A DNA stretch of 64,000 nucleotides from Eledone cirrhosa (taxonomy: Eukaryota): the NCBI GenBank assembly GCA_964016885.1, contig OZ024743.1, forward strand, positions 77,810,001 through 77,874,000, given 5' to 3'. The position numbers were made by a program, and so were the translations under genes. The notes beneath the pieces were generated by a model that saw nothing but the letters and a program-made list of their open reading frames with translations, made no database searches and had not been told where the DNA came from. Positions 43,257 to 55,857 of the stretch are shown one piece after another. How positions within the stretch are numbered: the stretch's first letter is position 1; every line of letters starts with the position of its first letter.

Positions 43257-43989
43257 CACACCAATATATATGATCACCGTGAGAGAAAAGAAAAAAGGAG
43301 AAAATAAAAACAGAAACCACCATCAACTCACCACCAAGTTTTGACACACTGCATCGCACCACACTACATTGCAGCACACTGCATCGCACCGCATCACATG
43401 GTCACACTGCATCGCACCGCATCGCACCGCACCACACTGCATCACATGGTCAACGTAAATTTTTAAGGCAAGCTTATAATTAAGGTATTAAGGTTGAATT
43501 CAACTGAATGGGCCAAATAAAATGAACAAACAAACTTTTGTTCATCATTGAACTTATTTAATAAATCTAAACATCTGTATAGAACCATGAGAGATTACAG
43601 GAGGTATCTTGCACTCCTTACTGTTAAGAAACAAAACAAGATTAAGAGAAGGGCTCTGGGAGGTAAAATAACTTACTATTTACTTGTACTTGTGGCAACA
43701 TTCACCTGGGGTGGGGTGAGCTGGCTCCATCAAAAGGAATTCACAGTGTAAATTCATTTCAATGGAGTTTCTTCGGGCAATTGGTTTCACAAGCGGTGAC
43801 CAGTCGTAAGTATAGGCACTTTAGGATAATGCAATCCAAGCATTGCATTGGTTATAGCACCAAAGTATCGCTTTCACATTCAACCCAATTTGGTGGAGCC
43901 AGTGCCTTGATGGGGACACATGGGAGGGTGTTTGGCTGGCAGAGGTGATAAACACAACTTATTTGAGCCATTTAGTAGGCCAGCAGGAG

Positions 43990-45632
43990 CTCACCCTACT
44001 GTCCAGCTCAGGTATACTGACCCTCAACACCACCCCACTGACCCTCAACACCACCCCACTGCCCAGCTCAGGTATACCAACCCTTGACACCACCCCACAG
44101 CCCAGCTCAGGTATACTGACCCTCAACACCACCCCACTGACCCTCAACACCACCCAAATTCCCAGCTCAGGTATACCAACTCTTGACACCACCCCACAGC
44201 CCAGCTCTGGTATACTGACCCTCAACACCACAAACAGCCTAGCTCAGGTATACTGACCCTCAACACCACCCTACTACCCAGCTCAGTTATACTGACCCTC
44301 AACACCACCACACTGACCAGCTCAGGTATACTCACCCTCAACACCACCCCACTCACCCTCAACACCACCCCAATACCCTCAACACCACCCTACTACCCAG
44401 CTCAGGTATACCGACCCTCAACACCACCCCACTGCCCAGCTCAGGTATACTCACCCCCAACACCACCACATTGCCCAGCTCAGGTATACTCACCCTCAAC
44501 ACCACCACACTGCCCAGCTCAGGTATACCAACCCTCAGCACCACCCACTGCCCAGCTCAGGTATACTGATCCTCAACACCACCCCACTGCCCAGCTCAGG
44601 TATACTGACCCTCAACACCACCCCACTGCCCAGCTCAGGTATACTGACCCTCAACACCACCCCACTGCCCAGCTCAGGTATACTGATCCTCAACCCCACC
44701 CCACTGCCCAGCTCAGGTATACTGATCCTCAACACCAGCCCACTACCCAGCTCAGATATACTGGTCCTCAACCCCACCCCACTGCCCAGCTCAGGCATAC
44801 TCACCCTCAAACCACCCCACTACCCAGCTCAGGCATACTGATCCTCAACACCACCCCACTCACCCTCAACACCACCCCACTACCCAGCTCAGGTATACTG
44901 ATCCTCAACACCACCCCACTACCCAGCTCAGGCATACTGATCCTCAACACCACCCCACTACCCAGCTCAGGTAGACTGACCCTCAACACCACCCCACCGA
45001 TCCTCAACACCACCCCACTACCCAGCTCAGGCATACTGATCCTCAACACCACCCCACTGACCCTCAACACCACCCCACTGCCCAGCTCAGATATACTGAC
45101 CCTCAACACCACCCCACTGCCCAGCTCAGGTATACTGACCCTCAACACCACCCCACTGCCCAGCTCAGGTATACTGATCCTCAACATCACCCCACTGCCC
45201 AGCTCAGATATACTGATCCTCAACACCATCCCACTGCCCAGCTCAGGTATACTGATCCTCAACACCACCCCACTGCCCAGCTCTGGTATACTGATCCTCA
45301 ACACCACCCCACAGCCCAGCTCAGGTATACTGATCCTCAAAACCACCCCACAGCCCAGCTCAGGTATACTGACCCTCAACACCACCCCACTGCCCAGCTC
45401 AGGCATACTGATCCTCAACACCACCCCACTGCCCAGCTCAGGTAGACTGACCCTCAACACCACCCCACCGACCCTCAACACCACCCCACTGCCCAGCTCA
45501 GATATACTGATCCTCAACACCACCCCACAGCCCAGCTCAGGTATACTGATCCTCAACACCACCCCACAGCCCAGCTCAGGTATACTGACCCTCAACACCA
45601 CCCCACTACCCAGCTCAGGTATACTGACCCTT
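43990..45632. repeat. 39-bp minisatellite (accctcaacaccaccccactgcccagctcaggtatactg) with 21-bp sub-unit insertions
   Basis: Direct reading. Confidence 0.96.
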
Positions 45633-45679
45633 GACAAGGCAAAAGAAGCATAAATATGACAAAAAAATGGCTAAAAGTT

Positions 45680-46250
45680 TGTTGACTTATATATACACAT
45701 CACATCTTCTGATTAACTTATATATACATCTTTTGGTTGGCTTGTATATACATCTCTTGGTTGTATATATATATACACATCATATCTTTTGGTTGGCTTA
45801 TATATATATATATATATATACACCACATCTTTTGATTCACTTATATACACCACATCTTTTGATTCACTTATATACACCACATCTTTTGATTCACTTATAT
45901 ACACCACATCTTTTGGTTAACTTATATACACCACATCTTTTGGTTCACTTATATACACCACATCTTTTGGTTGACTTATATACACACCATCTTTTGGTTG
46001 ACTTATATACACTACATCTTTTGGTTGACTTATATACACCACATCTTTTGGTTGGCTTATATACACTACATCTTTTGGTTGACTTTTATACACTACATCT
46101 TTTGGTTGACTTATTTACACCACATCTTTTGGTTGACTTATATACACATCTTTTGGTTCACTTATATACACTACATCTTTTGGTTGACTTATATACACCA
46201 CATCTTTTTGTTGACTTATATACTCTACATCTTTTGGTTGACTTATATAC
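45680..46250. repeat. 27-bp minisatellite (atatacaccacatcttttggttgactt)
   Basis: ~20 copies. Confidence 0.93.
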
Positions 46251-46623
46251 ACAGCAATATATGGTGATTCTATTTTTTTCTTTTTTAAATCAGAGTATTC
46301 CTGCCACTCACCTTATCTTAAAGATTTCACCATGAAAAGTGCCACATCTTTTGCAAGTAGTTGGAGATATAATTGTTCAGGAGAGATGTCATATTGTTCT
46401 ATGACAACAATTTGGAACCCGGATGACAAATATCTTGGTAAGCCCTTTATATGTTGTTATTGTTCTTTTAAATCAAAGAAGTGACTGAGTTGTTAGTAAT
46501 GTGTTCTATTATGGCCCTTTATTTTCTAGTATCCCATTGAGGTCAATAAAATATAGTACCAGTAAAGAACTGCAGTCTAATATTTCTAATGATTTCAGAA
46601 ATCATTATTATTGTGGTTGTTAG

Positions 46624-46826
46624 ATGGCAGAATCGGTAGAGCAATGGGTAAAGTTCTTTGTGGCATTTTTCCTGCTCTTTACATTCTGATTTCAAACCCT
46701 GCTGAGGTCGAGATGTCTTTCATCCTTCCAGAGTCAATAAAATAAAGTACCAGTAATATACTAGGTCAATATAATCAACTTGCCCCCACCCTCACCCAAC
46801 AAATTGAAGGTCTTGTACCTAGATTA
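46624..46826 (+). mobile_element. tRNA-derived SINE (MetaSINE-like)
   Basis: tggcagaatcggtagagc A box; ttcatcctt..gtcaataaaataaagtaccagt. Confidence 0.65.
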
Positions 46827-46904
46827 CATATTGAGCTCTGTGACAAAGTGATTTTTAATCAAACACACACTGCTAAGTTATGAGTAGAGACAAACAGTAA
46901 ATGT

Positions 46905-47222
46905 AAGCATATACACACACATACACACACATACAGACACAGACATACACACAGACACTGACACACACACACAGACAGACAGACACATACACACACAGAC
47001 ACAGACACATACACACACTGGCACACACATACACAGACAGACACATACACATACAGGCACTGGCACACACACACACACACACACAGACACAACACACACT
47101 GACACATATATAGACACACACATACATACAGACACATGCACACACACACACACTGACACTCACATACATAGACACACACACACACACACTGACACATACA
47201 TAGATACACATACATACACACA
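46905..47222. repeat. (CA)n-rich microsatellite
   Basis: Direct reading. Confidence 0.9.
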
Positions 47223-47289
47223 AGTTATATTAACATGTTACTAAATATTCCAATGACTCAATATGTAACATTATTAACTTTCGTTGCAG

Positions 47290-47415
47290 ATATTTACTGT
47301 CAAAAGTTAAATGGAGATTTAAAACATCAGCTCCATTGCGTTACTAGACACAGTGGAAGTATTCAGAATAGAAGAAACATAGCATTATGTCAATATTCAA
47401 ATAACAAGAAATGTC
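47290..47415 (+). CDS. Host gene exon: short degenerate Sushi-like 4-Cys module
   Basis: ttcgttgcAG|IYCQKLNGDLKHQLHCVTRHSGSIQNRRNIALCQYSNNKKC|GTAAG; phase 1-1, 126 nt. Confidence 0.7.
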
Positions 47416-47540
47416 GTAAGATAAAATATACTTCATTTTTCTACTCTTTTCTTGGTTTCGATCTGTGGAAGAATGTGTCTCAATGGTTTGGACGTCAGTT
47501 TGATTGCTAGTGGATGTTAGATTATATTTCATTTTTCTAT

Positions 47541-47933
47541 CACTGTAAAGTGGTTGTGTAGGTGTCACGACAAAAAACACCCAGTACTCATTGTAAAGTG
47601 ATCTTATAGGTATCACGACAAAAAGCACTCAGTCCACACTGTAAAGTGGTTGTGTAGGTGTCATGACAAAAAACACCCAGTACTCACTGTAAAGTGGTCG
47701 TCTAGGTGTCACATCAAAAAGCACCCAGTCCACATTATAAAGTGGTTGTGTAGGTGTCACGACAAAAAGTACCTAGTCCACACTGTAAAGTGGTTGTGTA
47801 GGTATCACAACAAAAAGCACCCAGTCCACACTGTAAAGTGGTTGTGTAGGTATCACAACAAAAAGCACCCAGCCCACTCTGTAAAGTGGTTGTGTAGGTG
47901 TCATGACAAAAAGCACCCAGTATTCACTGTAAA
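47541..47933. repeat. Short array (~8 units) of the 48-bp RTE-3'UTR-derived monomer
   Basis: cactgtaaagtggttgtgtaggtgtcacgacaaaaaacacccagt units. Confidence 0.9.
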
Positions 47934-48494
47934 AGAGGTTGGCAACATGCTCTGCAGCATAGAGTTAGGGCCCTTTACATTCTAAGTTCAAATCGTGCCG
48001 AGGTTAGCCTTGCCTTTCATCCTTACGGGGTTGATCAAATAAAGCACCAGTAATGTACTGAGGGCGATTAATCGGCTTTCCTCTCGTCCAAAATTGCTGG
48101 CCTTGTGCCTAAATCAGAACTCTTTATTGTTGTGGTTGTTAGATTGGCAGAATTGGTAGAGCAATGGGTAAAATGCTTTGTGGCATTCTGATTTCAAACC
48201 CTGCTGAGATTGACTTTGTCTTTCACCACACTATAAAGTGGTTGTGTCAGTATCATGACAAAAAGTACCCAGTACTCATTGTAAATGCGGTTGGTGTTAG
48301 GAAGGGTATCCAGCTGTAGAAACCAAGCCAAAATCAGTTCTGTATGAGCAAGACATGGTCACCTGACCTGGCATTGCCTACAACAAGACAACTCAACTAA
48401 CCCATGCCAGCGTGGAAAAATGGATGTAAAACGGTGATGATGATGATGTTTCAAGCTGTGTCTCAATGGTTTGGATGTCAGTTTGTCAGTGGAA

Positions 48495-49225
48495 TTTAAA
48501 ATATTTACATTCCATGTGTCTAACACCCGTGGGCATGCCTACAAAGTCAGAAAACAGCAGCTCCCATGATTTCCTAAAATATTTTTTCACGCTCAGAGTT
48601 GCTGAAGCATGGAACAAACTCCCTGCATCAGTTGTTAGCTGTCGGGACACTGCATCCTTTAAAACCTCCATGGAACATACTACCTGCATCAGTTGTTAGC
48701 TGTCGGGACACTGCATCCTTTAAAACCTCCATGGAACATACTACCTGCATCAGTTGTTAGCTGTCAAGACACTGCATCCTTTAAAACCTCCATGGAACAA
48801 ACTACCTGCATCAGTTGTTAGCTGTCAGGACACTGCATCCTTTAAAACCTCCATGGAACAAACTACCTGCATCAGTTGTTAGCTGTCGGGACACTGCATC
48901 CTTTAAAACCTCCATGGAACATACTACCTGCATCAGTTGTTAGCTGTCGGGACACTGCATCCTTTAAAACCTCCATGGAACAAACTACCTGCATCAGTTG
49001 TTAGCTGTCGAGACCTGCATCCTTTATAACCTCCATGCTTCCTGAAATTCGCCAACACCACATCTGATATTTCCCCTCCATACACACGTGTGAGTGTCTG
49101 TGTGTATATCATGACTCATACACTGTTCACTTTCCTAACATTTGTACATTATTCTATGTACTATACATGCACCTTTGATGAATTGTAGTGCACCTGAGCA
49201 CTGTACACAATAATTTCATTGTTAT
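48495..49225 (+). mobile_element. CR1-type LINE 3' end containing a 61-bp x7 tandem expansion (48608-49037)
   Basis: KYFFTLRVAEAWNKLPASVVSCRDTASFKTSM; (att)n tail at ~49215. Confidence 0.8.
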
Positions 49226-49863
49226 TATTCTTCATTCTTTTATTCTTTTCTTGGTTTCAATCTGTGAAAGTTTTTTGTTTTTTTTTCAAATGTTTAAATC
49301 ATTTATTCATATACTGTTACTTTACTGCCTTATCAAGTGTGTTGAAGTTCTCTTTCACTGCCCCTTTCTCTCACTACCTCTCTCACTCTCCCCACCACTC
49401 ACTCTCCCTCTCACTCTCCCCACCACTCACTGCCTGCCCCCCTCTCTCTCTCTCTCCCTCTTCCCTTCACTGCCTACTTGCCTGCCTCTCTCTCTCTCCA
49501 CTCACTGCCCATCTCACTCTCCCTCATCACTCACTGCCTCTCTCACTCCCCATCACTCATTGCCTGCCTCTCTCTCTCTCCCATCACTCACTGCTTCTCT
49601 CACTCTCCCCATCACCCACTGCCTCTCTCTCCCTATTGCCCACTATTATATGCGAATGGTGACCTCATGACTCTGGTGGACAGAATAGAAAAGGCATTTC
49701 CCTAGAGGCTGGTGAGGCAGACATGTTGGAAGAGCCATGCCAGGTCATGAGGCTCACACCTGCGGGTAGCCAACTTTGTGCCAATGGTAGTGAGTATGGA
49801 GGTTGTCCTAGGGCCAAGGACACCAGAATTCTCCGTGCCTCAGTGGTTTGGATGGGAGTTTAA

Positions 49864-50084
49864 CTCTTTAGCATTTAAACCGGCCGTATCTGGCCAGAGT
49901 TCTCTCACCTCTTTCTGTCCAAAGCGGCTGTAGCTGGCCACTCATACTTATGTTAAGGTATTGTTCTCAAAATCAATAATATTAAAATCTCATAGATTTG
50001 ATATCATGTGAGATAATTATTTGATATAAAGCCTTTACTGTGAAAACACAACAGTATATATAGAATAATGTAAATGCTAAAGGG
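49864..50084. mobile_element. piggyBac-type MITE
   Basis: TTAA|ctctttagcattta ... taaatgctaaaggg|TTAA: 14-bp TIR (1 mismatch) and TTAA TSD. Confidence 0.8.
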
Positions 50085-50977
50085 TTAATTGCCAGTTTTG
50101 TTATGTTCATGAGCAACGCACTTTATTTCATGTTACTCCAGTCGACTCAGCTTATGAAAATGAGTTGTACCAGTAATTCCAAAGGCCAGCCTTAGAGAAT
50201 TGCATTATGGGTACATGTGTCTGAGGAATGCTCAGTCAGTTACACATTACTTTCATAAGCAATCTGTAACCTTGATCAAACAAGTGGAACAGTTGTCGTC
50301 AGAATTAAGAAAGGTCCAATCACAATAATAATCATAGTTTCTCTTAACTATATTGATACTATGATGGCTGAAACTGGACAATTATATTATTTTGGTGTAT
50401 GATGCATGTATACGAACAACAATGTTGCATGGTAGTGACACCTGGGGGCTGTGAGCAGAGGACTTGCTGTACCAAAATTGATACTTAGTAATCAATATTA
50501 AGTAATTGATAATCAGTTATGTAGATCAATTTTTAATCCGGTTCTAGGAGCTATGAAACAGGGCTGTCAGGGATTCTAGTGTTTCCATCTTAAAACATTT
50601 GATGGCTCTAAAATATTACAATAAGTTTCTCTAATGATATGTGACTATATGCATATAGTTTTTTAAATTTGAATTATATCATCATACGTCCATTCTTCCA
50701 CGTTAGCATGGGTTAGACAAGTTGTCCTATTGTGAGCAATGCTAGGTCAGGTGACCATGTCTTGCTTATACAGCTTGGTTTCTACAGCTTGATGCCCTTC
50801 CATACTGTATATATATGCTTCAGCTTCATATGCATATATGGTCTTTGCAGGAGGTATGGTAACAGTCCAATTTGAGAGTTCAATCTACAGTATCCCAGAG
50901 TTGTCTTTAAGTCCAAGTAGATAGCAGGAAGAAAATCGTTACTGCAAGATACAGCAACGTCACCTTACACTATGAAC

Positions 50978-51081
50978 TCTTTCTGATGAAGTGCTGTATT
51001 TTATATAATGCTTGTGATTGAGCATAATTATATGTAATCAGCACTCATAGACTGATGTTGTACTGAAACATATGTTAAAGA
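50978..51081 (+). ncRNA. Type I hammerhead ribozyme with long stem II insert
   Basis: tcttt-CTGATGA-agtgc...gtact-GAAA-c atat GTT-aaaga, followed by aataaa. Confidence 0.65.
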
Positions 51082-51398
51082 ACAGACTCTAAATAAACCT
51101 TTCTCCTCTAACCTTTATTTCATGTTTAGTTGTTTGTTGATAGAATACTTCCCAATTCCTTTCCCCCCAGTCTCATAGATCTTTAGTTTGATAGAATACT
51201 TCCTAATCCCTTTCTCCCAGTCTCATAGGCCCTGACAAAGGTCGTTGGAACTGTCCTTTTCTGACTAACAGAAGAAAAAATAAAACGCCAAAAAGACCCC
51301 AAAGAAATGCTTCAACAAAAATGTGAAATCTTATGTGTATATAAGAACATTTTTTATTGTTATTTGGCCTGTCTTTCTCTCACTTTATATCACAACAG

Positions 51399-51557
51399 AT
51401 ATAACATGTGACATCCCAAACAGAAGGAACTCATCTGACACTTCAATAAAAAACTGCAAGAAACGCTATGTCTGTGACTGGTTTAGATTTCCTAATACTC
51501 AAAAACTAACATTTTGCCAACCTAATATACCAATGGAAGCTGGTACAATAAGTTTTG
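51399..51557 (+). CDS. Host gene exon: divergent Sushi-like module
   Basis: cacaacAG|ITCDIPNRRNSSDTSIKNCKKRYVCDWFRFPNTQKLTFCQPNIPMEAGTISF|GTGAGT; phase 1-1, 159 nt. Confidence 0.72.
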
Positions 51558-52360
51558 GTGAGTTTAAGGACCAGATTTCTTTAACTTATTAATTTCCATC
51601 AGATTAATCATTACTTTAGTAATGACTATGTTAATGAACCATCCAATTAATCAATAGATCAATCATTATTTATCTTAGTTCAGGACAAAGACCAGAGTGG
51701 TTCAGGTATTAGACTCACAAACATAAGGACATAGGTTCTATTACTGGTTTAACTTTTTAACTTTTCATTTTATGTTGATTTTCTTGATAGGACTGACACA
51801 CCCTATCATTAAAACATCTAAGAAAGGTCCTTATAGATAAAACCTCACAGAAGATCATCTAAAACTGTATAAATGGGAGATGTGGTTCTTGATAGGACTG
51901 GCACACCCTATCATTAAAACATCTAAGAAAGGTATTTATGTATATATGGTCCCGTAACTCCTGATATAATCATAGGGGCGCTGTATTAACTTACAACGTT
52001 TCTAGAGCATTTTAAAGCCTGGTGGAGCCCATCTCTCTCCAGGCCTAAGTACAGCAGATTTCTTCCAGAGAAAGATAGAAAGTGAGAAAGACAGGAAATG
52101 AGAAAGAGGTATAGAGGAAGAATCAACCCCAGTACTAGACTGGTATTTTTTTTATCGACCTCGAAAGGACGAAATCCAAAGTTGACCATGGTAGAATTTG
52201 GAGTCAGAGAGCTGGAAGGAATACCATAAAGTATTCTTTCTGACATTCTAATGACTCTGCCAATTCACCTAAGAAAGGTCTTAATAGATAAAACCTCACA
52301 GAAGGTCAACTATAACTGTATAAATAGCAGACAGGAATTGTATTTCATGTTTTATTTCAG

Positions 52361-52395
52361 CCCAACATAAATATAAATCATGTAGCAAGATATGA
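52361..52395 (+). CDS. Candidate last coding exon of host gene
   Basis: tttatttcAG| phase 1 gives AQHKYKSCSKI*; GTGAGT donor at 52417. Confidence 0.35.
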
Positions 52396-52424
52396 CCCCA
52401 CATAAACAAACAATAAGTGAGTGA

Positions 52425-52898
52425 TATATATACATTAGTGTTATATATATTAGTGTTATATACATTAGTGTTATATACATTAGTGTTATATATACATTAG
52501 TGTTATATACATTAGTGTTATATACATTAGTGTTATATATACATTAGTGTTATATACATTAGTGTTATATATATTAGTGTTATATATATTAGTGTTATAT
52601 ACATTAGTGTTATATACATTAGTGTTATATATATTAGTGTTATATACATTAGTGTTATATATACATTAGTGTTATATATATATTAGTGTTATATATACAT
52701 TAGTGTTATATATATTAGTGTTATATATATATTAGTGTTATATATATTAGTGTTATATATATATTAGTGTTATATATATATTAGTGTTATATATATTAGT
52801 GTTATATATACATTAGTGTTATATACATTAATGTTATATACATTAATGTTATATATATATTAGTGTTATATATAATAGTGTTATATATGCATTAGTGT
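52425..52898. repeat. 15-19-bp minisatellite (ata(ta)cattagtgtt)
   Basis: Direct reading. Confidence 0.92.
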
Positions 52899-53607
52899 TG
52901 GTGAATTGGCAGTATCGGTAGAGGGTTGGACGCCATGCTTCGATGCATAGAGGTACGGCCCTTGCCATTCTGACTTCAAATCTCGCCTAGGTTAACTTTG
53001 CCTTTCATCCTTACGGGGTCGATAAAATAAAGTACCAGTAATGCACTGGGATAATTGCTGGCCTTGTGCCAAAAGTAGAAACAGTTATATACGAGAAAGA
53101 ACCATCAAATCTGACCAAATCTGACTACAATTTCTCTGACTATTTTCTGAAATGAACGGATTAAAACAATGTTTTCATCATACAGACTGGACAGTTTTCC
53201 TAAAGTTGAAATTCTATATTATATTTTCAGAAGGTATTATGGCAATGGTGTGTGAAATGTTGGATAAATTTACAGTTTCAGCTATAGAAAGAAATATAAG
53301 AGGATAGTTGTAAGTATTGAAGTATCGTAATAGAACACTGAATGGTAAATTGGTAGAGTCATTAAAATATGGGATAGAATTTCACCAAGTGTAACTTTGA
53401 CTGTTATAGTTTTGGTGTTGATAAACTAGCAGTTCATTACTTGTGCCCTGTCCACCCTCAAAGATGATTGGTCTTTATCAGGGTTAAAAGATGTCCACGG
53501 CACACCAGAACCGGGATCTCTGGCATTATGCAGTGAAGCTGAAGCATTCATATATATGGTATGCTCTCCCATACATCTCTCATGAGGACAGGCTGTAGTG
53601 AAGCCTC

Positions 53608-54275
53608 CAGTCCACACTGTAGAGTGGTTGTGTAGGTGACATGACAAAAAGGGCCCAGTCCACACTGTAAAGTGGTAGTGATGGTGACATGACAAAAAGG
53701 GCCCAGTTCACACTGTAGAGTGGTCGTGTAGGTGTCATTACAAAAAGAACTGAGCCACTTTATGTGGTTGGTGTTAGGAAGGGCATCCAGCTATTGAAAC
53801 CAAGCCAGAAACAGTTCTGTGTGAGCAAGACATGGACACCTGACCCAACATGCCCCAAATGGGGCAACTCGTCTAACCCATGCTAGCATGGAAAAATGGA
53901 CGTTAAATGGTGATGATGATGATGATAAACACCTCCCATGTCATAACATCCCACCCTTCCCCTATGTTCCTAGATCTAGCCCACTAATCCCCACACACCT
54001 CCCTCACCCAAGTCCCCAAGTCACACTGTAGAGTGGTTGTGTAGGATTCACATCAAAAGTGCACAGTCCACATTGTAGAGTGGTCATGTAGGAATCACAA
54101 CAAAAAGTGCACAGCCCAGACTGTAAATGTGGTTGGAAGGGCATCCAACCATAGATACCTGGCCAAAATCAGTTCTGTGTGAGCAAAACACTGTCCTCGA
54201 CCTGGAAGTCTCACAATGGGACAACTTGTCTAACCCATGGTAGCATGGAAAATGGATGTTAAATGATGAAGATGA
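53608..54275 (+). mobile_element. Two RTE-3'UTR-type short repeats with 48-bp monomers and (TGA)n tails
   Basis: ggttggtgttaggaagggcatccag..aacccatgctagcatggaaaa..(tga)n; similar at 48225-48448, 50677-50790(-), 59520-59730. Confidence 0.75.
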
Positions 54276-54349
54276 TATATATATATATATATAGTGAAAA
54301 ATGGAATGGGAACAAAACAGAGAGGCAGTACGAACAAAGGTTTATTAGT

Positions 54350-54415
54350 TTCACGCTCTTGAGAGTGGGGGGGGGGGGGGGGCGTTTCGGGCATAAGCCC
54401 TTCTTCAAGCGAAAA
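54350..54415 (-). ncRNA. Disrupted PLE hammerhead
   Basis: TTGAAGA-a gggc ttat gccc-GAAACG, then a C-run replaces the cleavage triplet. Confidence 0.55.
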
Positions 54416-55857
54416 GTGTGTGTTCCGAGGGTGTGTAGGGCAGTGGAGGAGAGACATTTAGAAAAAGGGGGGGGGGCGGTGGAAGGGGTATAAATAAAAA
54501 TAAATATAAAAAAATAAAAATAAACATGAAGATAAACAAGTGGTGGAAGGGTGTGGGGCGTGTAGGGGTGGTGACGGGTGGAGTGGGGAGAGGGAGGCGG
54601 GTGTCCGTGCGGGGAGGGATGAAGGTGGTGTATGTGTAGGTGTACGTGTGTGTGTGTGTGTATGTGAATGTGAGAGTTGGGGGAAGAACGAGGTTCCATG
54701 TTCAGGAAAAGGTGTGTGTGTGGGGTGGGGTGTAGGTCGGTGTGTGTGCGCGTGTGGATGGGGAGGGGTCAGAGGGGTGGGGGAGGGGTGAGAGGATTCT
54801 GGAGGCTGAGTGTGTATATATGTGGGGGTACGCACGTGTGTGTGGTGTTTATACGTATTGTGGATGTAGGTGGCGTGGTGCGAAAATTAATTTTTGTGAG
54901 TGTATGTCCGTGGGTAAGTTCCTAAGGTAGTTCCGTAGAGCATGTGGTGAGTTGCCGGGTATTTTCCTTGTGATGGAGTTGATGGTGGGAACGATGGCCA
55001 ATGGTGTGTGATCCGTGGTTGTGTTGGTCGGAAGAGGGGAGATGTGGGGTGCGGGCGCAACAGGAAGTGGTCAGAGGGTCAAGGCAGGAGGAGGGTAGAG
55101 GAGAATGACAGGTGGAAAGGGCTGAGTGTCTGTGTGTGCAGAGAAGTGGTCAGAGGGTCAAGGCATACAGCAGTAGAGGAGAAAGTCAGTGTGTCAGTGT
55201 GTGCGGAGGTGCGGTGGACAGAGAAGAGGATGGGTAGGTGTGAAAGGTGGAGTGGGGAGAGGGTCAAGCGGGGGGATAGGGTGTGTATTAGTAGAGGTGT
55301 TAGTGGGGTGTGTGTGTGTGTGAAGAGGTGTAGGTGGAGCGGGGGGGGAGAAAGGTGTGGGGGACGATTGAGGGAGTGTGGTGTACTGGTGTGTGTGTGT
55401 GGTGAAGGGGGTGTTAGTGGGTGTTAGTATACTGGTGGTGGGGAAAGGGTTGAATGCGGGTGTGTCAGTGGGGATCAGTGGTGGTAGGGTGTGTAGAGTG
55501 GGTGGTGTAAGTCGGTGTGGGTGGGTGTGTGCGTGGGGTCGGGGGGATGTTAATGGTATTAGTTGTGGGGTAGTGGGAGTGGATGTGTGGGTGAGGGTTA
55601 GTAGTGGTAGTAGGGTGTGTGGATAGTGTGAGTGCGTGTATATATGTACCGGTGGGTGTGTGCGTGATAGGGGAAGGGGGAAGGGGGATGTTAGTATTGT
55701 TAGTTGGGGAGGGTGGTCGGGGGTGGGGTGGTTATGTTAGTATTGTTAGTTGTGGGGTGGGCTGTGAAAAGGAGGAGTGTGTTAGTGGTGTTAGTGGGGG
55801 ATGTGTGTGTGTGGGGGGGAACAGGGCGGTCGAAGGTTAAAGGAATAGGGGTGGGGA

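Noticed and set aside
41737-46335. Repeat-protein ORFs (VVLRVSIPELGSG, LYTPHLLVD)
   Set aside because: Minisatellite units of length divisible by 3; no splice context
53428-53600. Possible additional exon
   Set aside because: Weak splice signals and no domain signature
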